Virus record (IMG/VR): IMGVR_UViG_3300042305_000730
Location: 1 to 64,000 of that record
Origin: a virus
DNA length: 64,000 nucleotides
Reading direction: 5' to 3' (one strand)
Shown here: one piece after another, positions 53,080-61,578 of the stretch
How the letters are laid out: every line of letters starts with the position of its first letter
How positions within the stretch are numbered: the first letter of the stretch is position 1
The notes under the pieces: generated by a model
Database searches by the model: none
What the model saw: only the letters and a program-made list of their open reading frames with translations
Told to the model about the DNA's origin: nothing
Position numbers and translations under genes: made by a program

Positions 53080-53268
53080 TGCTGTTCTCCTTTGATTGTG
53101 TCAATGACTATCCTGCAAACTTGGTCTAAAACTTCTTCAGACATTCCATCAAAATAACAAAGTAAGTTTTCTTGTAATTGTTCTGTAAGAGTTATCACAT
53201 CCATTGCTGTTCTCCTTCGTTGGTTGATGTTTGGAACAGTACCGACAACCAGTAACCATTACAACCTT

Positions 53269-53718
53269 TTATTTAGATTTTTCTCCAGCCTTGCCACGCA
53301 CAGCCTTTTGTAAGAATCCGTGCTTCCTTGCAAGCATGACCCTCTTCGCTGATGTGCTCTTAGAGATCTTGAAGGCTTTAGCAATATTTGGAATTGGTGG
53401 TACACCGTAGTTACAGGACTCTTTATAGATTCGGGCAACTTCTTGCAACACATTCTCTGATAAAGCAGAGCCCCTGTAAGAGCCACTCTCTTCAGTAGTC
53501 AATACTGGCTTGTCCGTTACATTCTTCCTAGCATTTTTGACAAACTGCACAAGTGGAACTTTTCGGTATGTTTCAATTGTTATTGGTGAACCGTCCAATG
53601 AGGTGATGCTGACATAACTAAACACCAAGTGATCAGCCATCTTGTCTAAGCCGACAGTGACTTCATATTCAGTTTTAGAAATGGGATCTTTCCAAACTTC
53701 AGTGTGTAACTTCCTCAT
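53269..53718 (-). CDS. HTH DNA-binding protein (DUF6214-like)
   Basis: C-terminal L..VA.IY......P...IA.AF.IS.STS...V..AR..GFL. Confidence 0.6.
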   Translation of the reverse strand: MRKLHTEVWKDPISKTEYEVTVGLDKMADHLVFSYVSITSLDGSPITIETYRKVPLVQFVKNARKNVTDKPVLTTEESGSYRGSALSENVLQEVARIYKESCNYGVPPIPNIAKAFKISKSTSAKRVMLARKHGFLQKAVRGKAGEKSK

Positions 53719-53993
53719 GCAACCTTCTCTCTACGCAGGTTCCTACGCCCTCGGTTGGTAGTCCCACCCCAAATACCAACTGCATGATTGTCTAACGCAT
53801 ATTGCAGACAACTTTGCTTTACTGAGCAGACATTACAGAAGTTTTCAATGACTGCTTTGTAATTGTGTGTGGAGCCAAACTCAATAAAGAAGTTATTGAC
53901 ATCGGAGCCAACGCAAGCCCCAAGTTTCATCCATTTGGGATCTTCACGAAGAACTTCTCTGTAGTTGTGTCCACCATCAATCAAATCCGTCAT
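53715..53993 (-). CDS. whiB: WhiB-family Fe-S transcriptional regulator
   Basis: W...GAC.....FF, C..CSVKQSCL.YAL, GIWGGT...R. Start re-assigned to MTDLIDGG (ATGA). Confidence 0.9.
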   Translation of the reverse strand: MTDLIDGGHNYREVLREDPKWMKLGACVGSDVNNFFIEFGSTHNYKAVIENFCNVCSVKQSCLQYALDNHAVGIWGGTTNRGRRNLRREKVA

Positions 53994-54322
53994 TGTGCTT
54001 CCTCCATCTGCCAAAACCCAAACAATGCTCCGTCTGAGTCTGACGCACCAAACGTGCAACCTTCGGGAGAGATTGCATCCATCACGTTGTATAGGTGCTG
54101 AAGCAAAAATGATTCTTGCTCATAATCCCGTTCCGCATTTGGATTGATCATATTGAAAAGAACATCTTCCCAATCTTCTAAAATTGAATCCTTGATTTTG
54201 TTATCGTGCTCACCAATTACTGAGAGGAATACTTTTGCCAAATCCTCGTTACGGAGTGTTCCCTCACTAACAACTTGGTTTACCCAAGTGTCTGCAAGAG
54301 GTTGGATATTCTCATACGACAT
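53990..54322 (-). CDS. Conserved phage hypothetical protein
   Basis: VSEGTLR.EDL, P.G..FGA...DGA.FGFW. Start MSYENIQ (AAAGGAG). Confidence 0.65.
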   Translation of the reverse strand: MSYENIQPLADTWVNQVVSEGTLRNEDLAKVFLSVIGEHDNKIKDSILEDWEDVLFNMINPNAERDYEQESFLLQHLYNVMDAISPEGCTFGASDSDGALFGFWQMEEAQ

Positions 54323-54378
54323 TTGTTGCTCCTTTGGTAGGAGCATCACATTAGTGGTTGCGAATGGGTTCGGCAACC

Positions 54379-54537
54379 CTATTCTGAAATATTTTCTATT
54401 TCTTTTGCTGTGTAAAGTGGCAACACTTTATTCATGTGGGCACACTTGTGAGTTGGATTTTCAGACAAGTTAATAAACACCGTCACTTGCTCTGAGCAAT
54501 GTGGACACATATACTTTGTCCCTGATTTTGAGGGCAT
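54379..54537 (-). CDS. Small zinc-finger protein
   Basis: MPSKSGTKYMCPHC...PTHKC. AAGGAG RBS. Confidence 0.55.
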   Translation of the reverse strand: MPSKSGTKYMCPHCSEQVTVFINLSENPTHKCAHMNKVLPLYTAKEIENISE

Positions 54538-54547
54538 TACAAACTCC

Positions 54548-55075
54548 TTAGTTCTGTGGATTCCACGGGCTCCAGCCTGCCACATCGTACAATAATTTAC
54601 CAGCAACCAAGTTAGTTTTTGCATCCAGTAGTGGTTCTTGTGTGCAAATACCCATTTCTTTACAAATCAAACCTGCATAATATTTGTGATCGGGTTTCCA
54701 ATGGACTCCATTCAATTGGAGCAAACCACTGTCTGATCTATGAGACCAATCAGATACACCCGTGACATTACAGGCTTTGTCCACGATGTCTCCGCCTATG
54801 CGGTTCGGGCATCCACCTGATTCTCGGAGGATAATGTGACCCAACTTTTCCCATGTGTCGGGAGCCCATCCTGCCTCCGAAGCCAAGCGTGGGAGCCAAC
54901 TAATATCACCATGGGCATACACAATTGGAACAGGCTTATCTAACTGATCCACTGGTACGTAACTTACTTTTACTTTGGAACTTTGCTCTGAGGAAACTGT
55001 TGGTGCTACCGCTATTACTGTTGCCATTACTAGATTTGCAATTAGTGTAGTGAGTGTCGCCGTAAGTTTGATCAT
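54548..55075 (-). CDS. Secreted lytic transglycosylase (SLT/lysozyme-like fold)
   Basis: Hydrophobic N-terminus, catalytic RESGG, DSGLLQLN, LLD..TNL.AG..LY...GWSPW. Confidence 0.8.
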   Translation of the reverse strand: MIKLTATLTTLIANLVMATVIAVAPTVSSEQSSKVKVSYVPVDQLDKPVPIVYAHGDISWLPRLASEAGWAPDTWEKLGHIILRESGGCPNRIGGDIVDKACNVTGVSDWSHRSDSGLLQLNGVHWKPDHKYYAGLICKEMGICTQEPLLDAKTNLVAGKLLYDVAGWSPWNPQN

Positions 55076-55098
55076 CCATCATCCTTTGTTCGGGTAAT

Positions 55099-55120
55099 AA
55101 AAAAGCCCCATCACTGGGGC
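55099..55120 (-). terminator. Intrinsic terminator, GCCCCA-stem family
   Basis: GCCCCAGTGATGGGGCTTTTTT on the minus strand. Confidence 0.8.
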
Positions 55121-55158
55121 GGTTGTTCCTATTGGGAACACCTATAGTTTACCTCAAA

Positions 55159-55569
55159 TTAGGCTCTCAGCAACCTCTGTAGCATAATTTTTAGATCTCC
55201 CAAGTCCTTACTGCTCTTGGGAATTACGCTGATGTCAATATTTTTATTTATATTGTTGTGTGCATCAACACATTCGGAGCAATTACAACCTTGTCTGTAT
55301 CGTGTAACAGTTCCATGTGCTGCAAAGTTTGTAACCTTATTTACCTTCTGTAACGGCGTTCTTTCTTGTGGTGTTAAACCACCCCACATACCGTAAGTTT
55401 CATTTATTCCTATTTCTTTGCATTCTTTCCAAACTGGACAGACATTACAGACATTTTTAGCAATCGCGTAATACAGTTCAGGGTTGGGAGCATCAAATGG
55501 AGGAAACCATATATCTCCCGCACGATTTTTACATGCGGATTCGGACATCCAATCGGGAGGGGTTTTCAT
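55159..55569 (-). CDS. whiB: WhiB-family regulator with extra C-terminal HG..YxxGCxCxxC domain
   Basis: W...SAC.....IWFP, AK.VC.VCPV.KEC, YGMWGGLT..ER, then HGTVTRYRQGCNCSEC. Confidence 0.88.
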   Translation of the reverse strand: MKTPPDWMSESACKNRAGDIWFPPFDAPNPELYYAIAKNVCNVCPVWKECKEIGINETYGMWGGLTPQERTPLQKVNKVTNFAAHGTVTRYRQGCNCSECVDAHNNINKNIDISVIPKSSKDLGDLKIMLQRLLRA

Positions 55570-56000
55570 GCAATATCTTCATCAGACTCTACCCATGTAG
55601 TGAGGTCATCAAGCATGTAAAAAACTGGTATTCCTATACGCTCTGCTTCTTCTACTTCATCTATTGTCCCCGTAGAACTTTCGGAATCGTAAACCAAAAC
55701 AGCATCACAACGTTTCAATACTTGGAAGCAATACTCATTCCAATGCTCTGCACTGTGTTGGTGACGTTGTTGCCAGTAGTAAGTTAGGCTCGGAATAACA
55801 GGAAGACATACGCCCGTGGTGTACAACTCTTCCGCCATGTCAATTGCTGCGTTGCAATTTTCCTCAAAGTCCTCATACACATATGGGCCAGCAATGTACA
55901 CGTGCGGTAATACCACGTGGGCAAGTGATCTTAGAAACTCTTTGTTCACACCTTCTGCCACTATGTCTTCGGAGTAGTTTCTCAAATGGAAGCCTTTCAC
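55566..56000 (-). CDS. DUF4406/nucleoside 2-deoxyribosyltransferase-like protein
   Basis: VYIAGPY, P.IP, L.RCDAV, S.G...E...A...GIPV. Confidence 0.7.
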   Translation of the reverse strand: MKGFHLRNYSEDIVAEGVNKEFLRSLAHVVLPHVYIAGPYVYEDFEENCNAAIDMAEELYTTGVCLPVIPSLTYYWQQRHQHSAEHWNEYCFQVLKRCDAVLVYDSESSTGTIDEVEEAERIGIPVFYMLDDLTTWVESDEDIA

Positions 56001-56075
56001 TCTAATTCCTATTCATATTAGAGCGAGCGACCAAATAAAAGCAAGCAAGTAAGATAACTATGAATCCCTTTGGCA

Positions 56076-56297
56076 TTAGTTTTCTCTCTTCCAGCGCATA
56101 CCATTGCGGAAATACACAGTGGCGTAGCAGACAGCCATAAAGATAAACCCATATTGTTTGGTTTGTAGGGCAAACAATACCCAAAGTATTTCATTGGCTG
56201 TAAGGAAGAAAAAAGCAGTGGCTTGTTTCTTGCCCACGTACCACATACCAGTAACACCAAATATAGCCAATAGCCATGACCACGCCTGATTGCTCAT
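56076..56297 (-). CDS. Small PnuC-like membrane protein
   Basis: Three hydrophobic segments, WSW.L...GV.G....G.K......NE.LW......QYGFI...Y..VY..N...W. Confidence 0.55.
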   Translation of the reverse strand: MSNQAWSWLLAIFGVTGMWYVGKKQATAFFFLTANEILWVLFALQTKQYGFIFMAVCYATVYFRNGMRWKREN

Positions 56298-56341
56298 ATT
56301 GTACTCCTGTTGTTGAACGACTTAGTCCAACACTACTACAA

Positions 56342-56584
56342 CTATTTAGTTGTGGTATTCCAGTTGTACACGGCTTGGTGAAGAACGCCCAAAACATCGT
56401 CAGGGTTCTCGTCTTCGTTCTCTAAGGCTTGGCAGTAACTATTAGCCGCTTTGATGATGTTTTCAGCACTGGCGAGTTTCTTGGCAAAAGAATCAACCAA
56501 TTGACGCAATGCCTGCTTGTCATCGTATGCACGAGCAAGAGATACCTGTAAGTCTTGGATTACTGCAAACTCAAATGATTCCAT
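56342..56584 (-). CDS. Coiled-coil hypothetical protein
   Basis: 80 aa, GAGG RBS. Confidence 0.55.
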   Translation of the reverse strand: MESFEFAVIQDLQVSLARAYDDKQALRQLVDSFAKKLASAENIIKAANSYCQALENEDENPDDVLGVLHQAVYNWNTTTK

Positions 56585-56636
56585 AAAACCTCACTTCATA
56601 GGTTATATACCAGCGTACAGCCTATGAATGGGCTTG

Positions 56637-58073
56637 TCAAGTGTCTTCAGACAAATCTAGGACATCTTGGTACATGGTGTTGGCTTGCTGGGGATTTAAG
56701 CCACCACTAGCCAGTTGCCTAGACACATCACCAGCATTTTGCCCAAACAAGCGACTGAGTACGCCACTGCTACCTCTGGCTTCTACTTCCAAGCGAACCA
56801 TGTCCCTAGTGTCACTTATGTCCTTGAACTTTTCAACAAGGTTAAACAGACGCTCCACTTCTCCTGAAAGTGCTGGGTCAAGACCCTGTCCTTCTAGTTC
56901 TTCAGCGAAGCGAGCGAAGAGTACACGACTTACTTGCATCTCCAATAATGCCCTCAATGCTGCCTGTAACTGATCCTTAGTTTTGATCTCTACAGGTAAC
57001 TTAAATCCACACTCAGAATCTTGTCGGAATGCAGGACAACGTGCGCTGAGATAGCAACTATTGCATTGGCGCAAAAGTCCACTTTTATACGAGATTACAG
57101 GAACCTTTTCAACACCTAAACTTTCAATATCTTCTTCACCAGCAAGGGTTTTAGCCAATTGTGGGGTGAATTGTTCAATACCTATGACAGGTAGCAATAC
57201 TTTGTCATCTTCGTGCCGCATCTCAGCACCCCGGATAGCAATAGTTGACCCCCTCGGTGCCACATTTGGAACAGAAGCAGGATTGCTCGGATAGTTGATA
57301 TCCGTGACACTTTCCGATAGACCAATTTCTTGCTCATCGTCCATTTCTTGAGGCTCATAGACCCCAAAAACAACCTTCTCCCACGCTTGCCAAGAAACAA
57401 TTGCAAGCCTCGCAACCTCAGAGTTGTCATCCTGAATGATTGCATCGTAATCAATCCCTAACTTAAGGATGTCTGCTCGGTGCTTCTTTCGGGACGAATC
57501 CTTTTGTTGGGCGGGGTATCGGCGTAAGCCATGACCGTCCCAAATCTGAGTTTCCCCATACCTAACTGCTGATGTCCATGAGCCAACAATTACCGAATCC
57601 CACGGCAACGCTGCAATAACATCGGGCTTAGAAGATAAGCCTATTAACTTGGCATCCCAACGCTGAATCAAGTTCCTAATGCGAGAAATGGTCTTACCAT
57701 TTACTGCCTTGTCACTAATTGCTGCCCTTCCATGCTTTTGGCAAAGCCAAGCAAGGCGTTCCATATCATTAGGGTCATTCCATACAGGGATGTACCGCTC
57801 TCCCAGCCAAGTACCGTCATAATCGGGTCTCCCAATGACCATTGCAATGTTTTCGTAGTGCTGGCGCACGAAATCGTCGTATCTACTGACATCCTCATCA
57901 TTTTCAGATGTGTACAGAATGATCTCTCCCGATGGGAACATTACAGACAAATCCAATTCCTTTTTCTTAGGAATGGGCAGGTGAGTAAGGTTTACAGCGT
58001 ACTTCGTAACTCCCGATGCCTGTAATAACGACCTGTGGGATGCCTTTTCAGCATTGGCAAAATATACCTTCAC
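56637..58073 (-). CDS. Large conserved phage protein: possible degenerate TGT/DpdA-like domain, Cys4 cluster and helical C-terminus
   Basis: PVW, A..D, WDSV..SW.S..RYG.T..WDG, then CNSCYLSARCPAF...C. Confidence 0.4.
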   Translation of the reverse strand: MKVYFANAEKASHRSLLQASGVTKYAVNLTHLPIPKKKELDLSVMFPSGEIILYTSENDEDVSRYDDFVRQHYENIAMVIGRPDYDGTWLGERYIPVWNDPNDMERLAWLCQKHGRAAISDKAVNGKTISRIRNLIQRWDAKLIGLSSKPDVIAALPWDSVIVGSWTSAVRYGETQIWDGHGLRRYPAQQKDSSRKKHRADILKLGIDYDAIIQDDNSEVARLAIVSWQAWEKVVFGVYEPQEMDDEQEIGLSESVTDINYPSNPASVPNVAPRGSTIAIRGAEMRHEDDKVLLPVIGIEQFTPQLAKTLAGEEDIESLGVEKVPVISYKSGLLRQCNSCYLSARCPAFRQDSECGFKLPVEIKTKDQLQAALRALLEMQVSRVLFARFAEELEGQGLDPALSGEVERLFNLVEKFKDISDTRDMVRLEVEARGSSGVLSRLFGQNAGDVSRQLASGGLNPQQANTMYQDVLDLSEDT

Positions 58074-58555
58074 TCATTGTCTCCCACATTTTTATATAGA
58101 GATTGAACATCTAATTCATGTGCAAGGTCTGTCCAAATCTGACGTTCTTTGGGCTTATTGTCTCGCCATTCTGGGCGAACAAAGTTGGGAAGACACACCA
58201 ACAGGCTAGGGATACCATCTTGCATAACTAACGTAACCGCTTCAGGGCTCGTATCTACATACCAGTCAATCTTGCCATATACCGCATTTAAGTCACGAAC
58301 ACGGTCACGAAAGGATGTTGAACCTGTTCCCTTGACTGTGTCTGTGAGGGCAAACTTATAACCTTCCCTCTTTGCCCATGAGTTTAGCATGGTGGGGTCA
58401 GTATCACCACTACCTAAGATAATCATACGTCCGTGGTACCTTGCGTACAAGGCTTCGTAAAGTTTCTGACCGTCTGGAATAGGTTGGCGAGCACCTGGAA
58501 CCATTGCTTTATCTGTTGCTGCATAAGCAAGCACATCAAAAGTGACAATAAGCAT
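58070..58555 (-). CDS. HAD-like fold protein
   Basis: Start re-assigned to MLIVTFDVLA (TAATG). YVDTSP...GIPSL resembles HAD motif IV, motif I is degenerate. Confidence 0.45.
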   Translation of the reverse strand: MLIVTFDVLAYAATDKAMVPGARQPIPDGQKLYEALYARYHGRMIILGSGDTDPTMLNSWAKREGYKFALTDTVKGTGSTSFRDRVRDLNAVYGKIDWYVDTSPEAVTLVMQDGIPSLLVCLPNFVRPEWRDNKPKERQIWTDLAHELDVQSLYKNVGDNE

Positions 58556-59013
58556 TAATCGTACATTCCCATTGCCGTGCGTTCTTTGTGGGCAACATAC
58601 CCTGAACCTACTGGGCAATAGTGGCAAAGGTACTGACGGTTGGCTTTTGGTACACCTGCTTTGCGTCCAATAGTTTTAGAGTCATCTTCCCAATCAATAC
58701 AACTACCTTTTGGTGCATTGTGGCGATGAAAGCATTTCAAGGCTTCTACTCTAAGATCATCACGAATCTCACGAACTTCAATTTCGTTCTTCATTAGTTC
58801 TTTTTTAATGCCTGTTTCACCGTCAAGGGCATCATAAGTGGCTTGGTCACACCGAAAGATCTGTGACATGTGTGCTTCAGGGCGTTGATCTTGTGCCTTA
58901 CCAAGATGCATTTTGATAATCTCTTGCAACTCCATGTCATTATCTGCGTTGCCATCATAATCACGCATTTTGTGCATGATTCCACAAGAGTTACATACTA
59001 AAAGTCTTGGCAT
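58555..59013 (-). CDS. Cys/His-rich (Zn-binding) conserved phage protein
   Basis: RLLVCNSC, C...H..P...C.D, YLCHYCP. Confidence 0.6.
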   Translation of the reverse strand: MPRLLVCNSCGIMHKMRDYDGNADNDMELQEIIKMHLGKAQDQRPEAHMSQIFRCDQATYDALDGETGIKKELMKNEIEVREIRDDLRVEALKCFHRHNAPKGSCIDWEDDSKTIGRKAGVPKANRQYLCHYCPVGSGYVAHKERTAMGMYD

Positions 59014-59061
59014 ATTGTGCTACTTTCTATAAACTTGTTAATTTCCGTAGTCTAGCAGTTT

Positions 59062-59250
59062 TTAATCCTGATAATCGTCTGGGTTCAATCCTAACTTACG
59101 CAGAGCATCATCAATTTCTGATTCAGCCTTGCCAAACTCACCTTTTTTCTTAAACCCTTTAGCACTACCTGCTGGGTGAAACTGTTGTTGTTCCCCGCGT
59201 TTTGCTAATTTCTTACGGCGGAACTCCGCCATATCAATAATGTCCCCCAC
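59062..59250 (-). CDS. Small hypothetical protein
   Basis: 62 aa, IIDMAEFRRKK. Confidence 0.55.
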   Translation of the reverse strand: MGDIIDMAEFRRKKLAKRGEQQQFHPAGSAKGFKKKGEFGKAESEIDDALRKLGLNPDDYQD

Positions 59251-59261
59251 ATTACAACCTT

Positions 59262-59465
59262 TTACAGGCTAATTACTGGGTCTTTTGCCTCAGCCAGTGG
59301 GCTTTTTGGAGTCAAATTGTATTGCGACTGCACCACCATTTGACGCTTTAGCGCAAAGCCTTCTTCTACATCGCCACCACGACTTGGGGTAAGCGACTTA
59401 AATGATCCATCGGTATAACCCATACGTAGATCAGCATTCTGTGAGCGAGATGTGTTTACAGCCAT
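59262..59465 (-). CDS. Small conserved (probable virion) protein
   Basis: MAVNTSRS.N..L..G.TDG..K...P. TAAAAT 5 nt before the ATG. Confidence 0.55.
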   Translation of the reverse strand: MAVNTSRSQNADLRMGYTDGSFKSLTPSRGGDVEEGFALKRQMVVQSQYNLTPKSPLAEAKDPVISL

Positions 59466-59481
59466 GATCTATTTTACCACC

Positions 59482-59772
59482 TTAGTTACCCATTGGGGTA
59501 TGGTATGTATCTCCAGGAAGTTGGCGATACCACATACCGTCAGATTGAATATCCTCATGGACATGCTTACCGTCCCGAACCATGTAGTCAGGTAGTGCCA
59601 ATTGTGCTTTCATATGCATGTCTCGTGCCATTCGTTCAGCATCCATATGTGCGGTTTCACCACGAAATGTTGCATGGTGTTTACCTTCTCGCATCACGAC
59701 TGCTTCCATACCATCATCTTTAATGTGATGACCAATACCCAAACCTAAATACTTTGCTTCCCACGTACCCAT
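59482..59772 (-). CDS. Hypothetical protein
   Basis: 96 aa, F.GETAH.DAER.A.D. Confidence 0.55.
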   Translation of the reverse strand: MGTWEAKYLGLGIGHHIKDDGMEAVVMREGKHHATFRGETAHMDAERMARDMHMKAQLALPDYMVRDGKHVHEDIQSDGMWYRQLPGDTYHTPMGN

Positions 59773-59775
59773 TAT

Positions 59776-60612
59776 CTACCGCTTTCCTAGTTTAGATGAC
59801 CCAATTTTAGCAGGCTTGCCCATAGAAGCGCCAGTAACTGAACCAAATGAGATGGCTGGTGCTCCTGGTTGTCCTGGACCTGCTGGAGCATGGGGCGAAT
59901 TAATGCTTGTAGTTTGGCTCGCTTGACGAGCATCTGTTACGTTGGCTTGAATAGTTGGAGCACTTGTGTTGTTGCTGTAACCACCAACAGAAGGTTGTGC
60001 TTTTGGCGCTCTTGGCTGACGAGCCTTGCCACCAGCAACACCTTGTTTAGCAACTCGTGCTTGCTGTTCTGGAGTTCCCTCTTTAGCAATAGATGATTGC
60101 AACCCACGGCGAGCCTTAGCAGTTTGAGCGTTTCGTGCCTTTTGAGCAGGGGACAACTGCTTACGCTGTGGTGTTTGTGCCATAGCACTGCTGTTGTTGG
60201 GGTTATAAGCGTTGAGGTTTTGACCACCAAGACCTTGTTGGTTGGCTGTCATACCAGAATTATCACCAAACCCAGTAAAGGCACCAATATTGATACTGTT
60301 ATCTACAGTGTCACCACTTACTGCAGCGCCTTTCTTACCCCTTCTACGCCCACCACCGCCACCGCCAAAACCACCACGGTCATAGACATTGAGTGGATTT
60401 CCTCCTGAATACATGCTGTTCATTAGGTTTGCACTAAAACCACCTTGTGCACCAGCAGCATTATTTGGCATGTTAGATGCACCAAAATCTTTGGAGACAC
60501 CTGCAGCAGGAGCACTAAACTGTGGAACTGGTGCTGCTTGTCCTCGGTTTATCCTACCTGTAGCGTTGTACAAGGGTTGAGGATTTTGAGCACCAAATCT
60601 GTTTGTAGGCAT
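59776..60612 (-). CDS. Low-complexity basic G/A/Q/N-rich protein (probable internal virion protein)
   Basis: 278 aa, composition suggests disorder. Confidence 0.55.
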   Translation of the reverse strand: MPTNRFGAQNPQPLYNATGRINRGQAAPVPQFSAPAAGVSKDFGASNMPNNAAGAQGGFSANLMNSMYSGGNPLNVYDRGGFGGGGGGRRRGKKGAAVSGDTVDNSINIGAFTGFGDNSGMTANQQGLGGQNLNAYNPNNSSAMAQTPQRKQLSPAQKARNAQTAKARRGLQSSIAKEGTPEQQARVAKQGVAGGKARQPRAPKAQPSVGGYSNNTSAPTIQANVTDARQASQTTSINSPHAPAGPGQPGAPAISFGSVTGASMGKPAKIGSSKLGKR

Positions 60613-60618
60613 AATCTA

Positions 60619-60939
60619 TTATACCCAAAGACTTTGCATGGAATATCGCCCTGAACCACTGAACTTGTCATCATTCATTTGTGCTCGTTGGAACATAACG
60701 GGAGCACCAGAAACCCATGAACGGTAGGTCGGGGCATAACGGTCTACAGATAGCACGTCCATTACCTTTAGTTCCTGTTTAAGGAATCCTCTACGTTCTG
60801 GCATAAGTTGTTGAGGAACAATTGGGCGAGTAGCACGAATAGTGTCTAAATCAGAAATAGCGCTTTGCAGCGCAATATCAACCAGCATCTCTTCACGAGA
60901 TTGCCAAGGTCTACGAGTTCTGAAGTTGTCTACAGGCAT
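60619..60939 (-). CDS. Conserved hypothetical protein
   Basis: PWQSREEMLVD.AL...RP.VPQ. TAATG-coupled. Confidence 0.6.
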   Translation of the reverse strand: MPVDNFRTRRPWQSREEMLVDIALQSAISDLDTIRATRPIVPQQLMPERRGFLKQELKVMDVLSVDRYAPTYRSWVSGAPVMFQRAQMNDDKFSGSGRYSMQSLWV

Positions 60940-61202
60940 TAATAACCGCTGTCGTCATACTCGTGCCCATCATATGAACCAATATCATCGTTAGGCTCAT
61001 GCATGTTTTCATCTGCTTCCGAATAATTCTCTGCAATACCAGCGGCATCAATTCCACCCCACATTGCCTGTTCTTTGGCAATGGCTTCTTTGACACGTGG
61101 GTCATCACCAAAACCAACACCGATTTCAGCGTACCTACTACCTAATGCATCTTTAGTAACTTTGCGGTTTGAATGATGTCGTGTATCTTCGCCTTTAGGC
61201 AT
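60939..61202 (-). CDS. MPKG-leader family protein 1 (acidic tail)
   Basis: MPKGEDTRHHSNRKV... Confidence 0.7.
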   Translation of the reverse strand: MPKGEDTRHHSNRKVTKDALGSRYAEIGVGFGDDPRVKEAIAKEQAMWGGIDAAGIAENYSEADENMHEPNDDIGSYDGHEYDDSGY

Positions 61203-61402
61203 TAGTAACTCTTTTCTGTTTCGCTAAATCCTGAATCTGGCTCTAAACCATCATTGCCACGGGCATCTTCCATCGCCTCATGTGCATCACGGTCATCTTT
61301 ACCGTAATTAGGACTAGTCATTGCAGCCATGTTTGCAATATCAAACGAAAATCGGCTTACTCCACGATTTGGGTGATGGCGAGTGTCTTTTCCTTTAGGC
61401 AT
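61202..61402 (-). CDS. MPKG-leader family protein 2
   Basis: MPKGKDTRHHPNRGV... Confidence 0.7.
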   Translation of the reverse strand: MPKGKDTRHHPNRGVSRFSFDIANMAAMTSPNYGKDDRDAHEAMEDARGNDGLEPDSGFSETEKSY

Positions 61403-61578
61403 TATTCATCATCTCCGTACCATGTAGGTTGTGCCATTGGGTCATATCCCTTACTGCTTGGGAAAATCTTGTCAGCAAGTTTGTTCAAAGTAGAAGTTTC
61501 TGCCTTCTTACGCTTCCTAAAAGCATCTAAATTAACGATGCGAGCATCGTGATTACTAGTGTCCTTACCTTTAGGCAT
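61402..61578 (-). CDS. MPKG-leader family protein 3 (58 aa, not in the ORF track)
   Basis: Manual translation MPKGKDTSNHDARIVNLDAFRKRKKAETSTLNKLADKIFPSSKGYDPMAQPTWYGDDE. Confidence 0.7.
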   Translation of the reverse strand: MPKGKDTSNHDARIVNLDAFRKRKKAETSTLNKLADKIFPSSKGYDPMAQPTWYGDDE

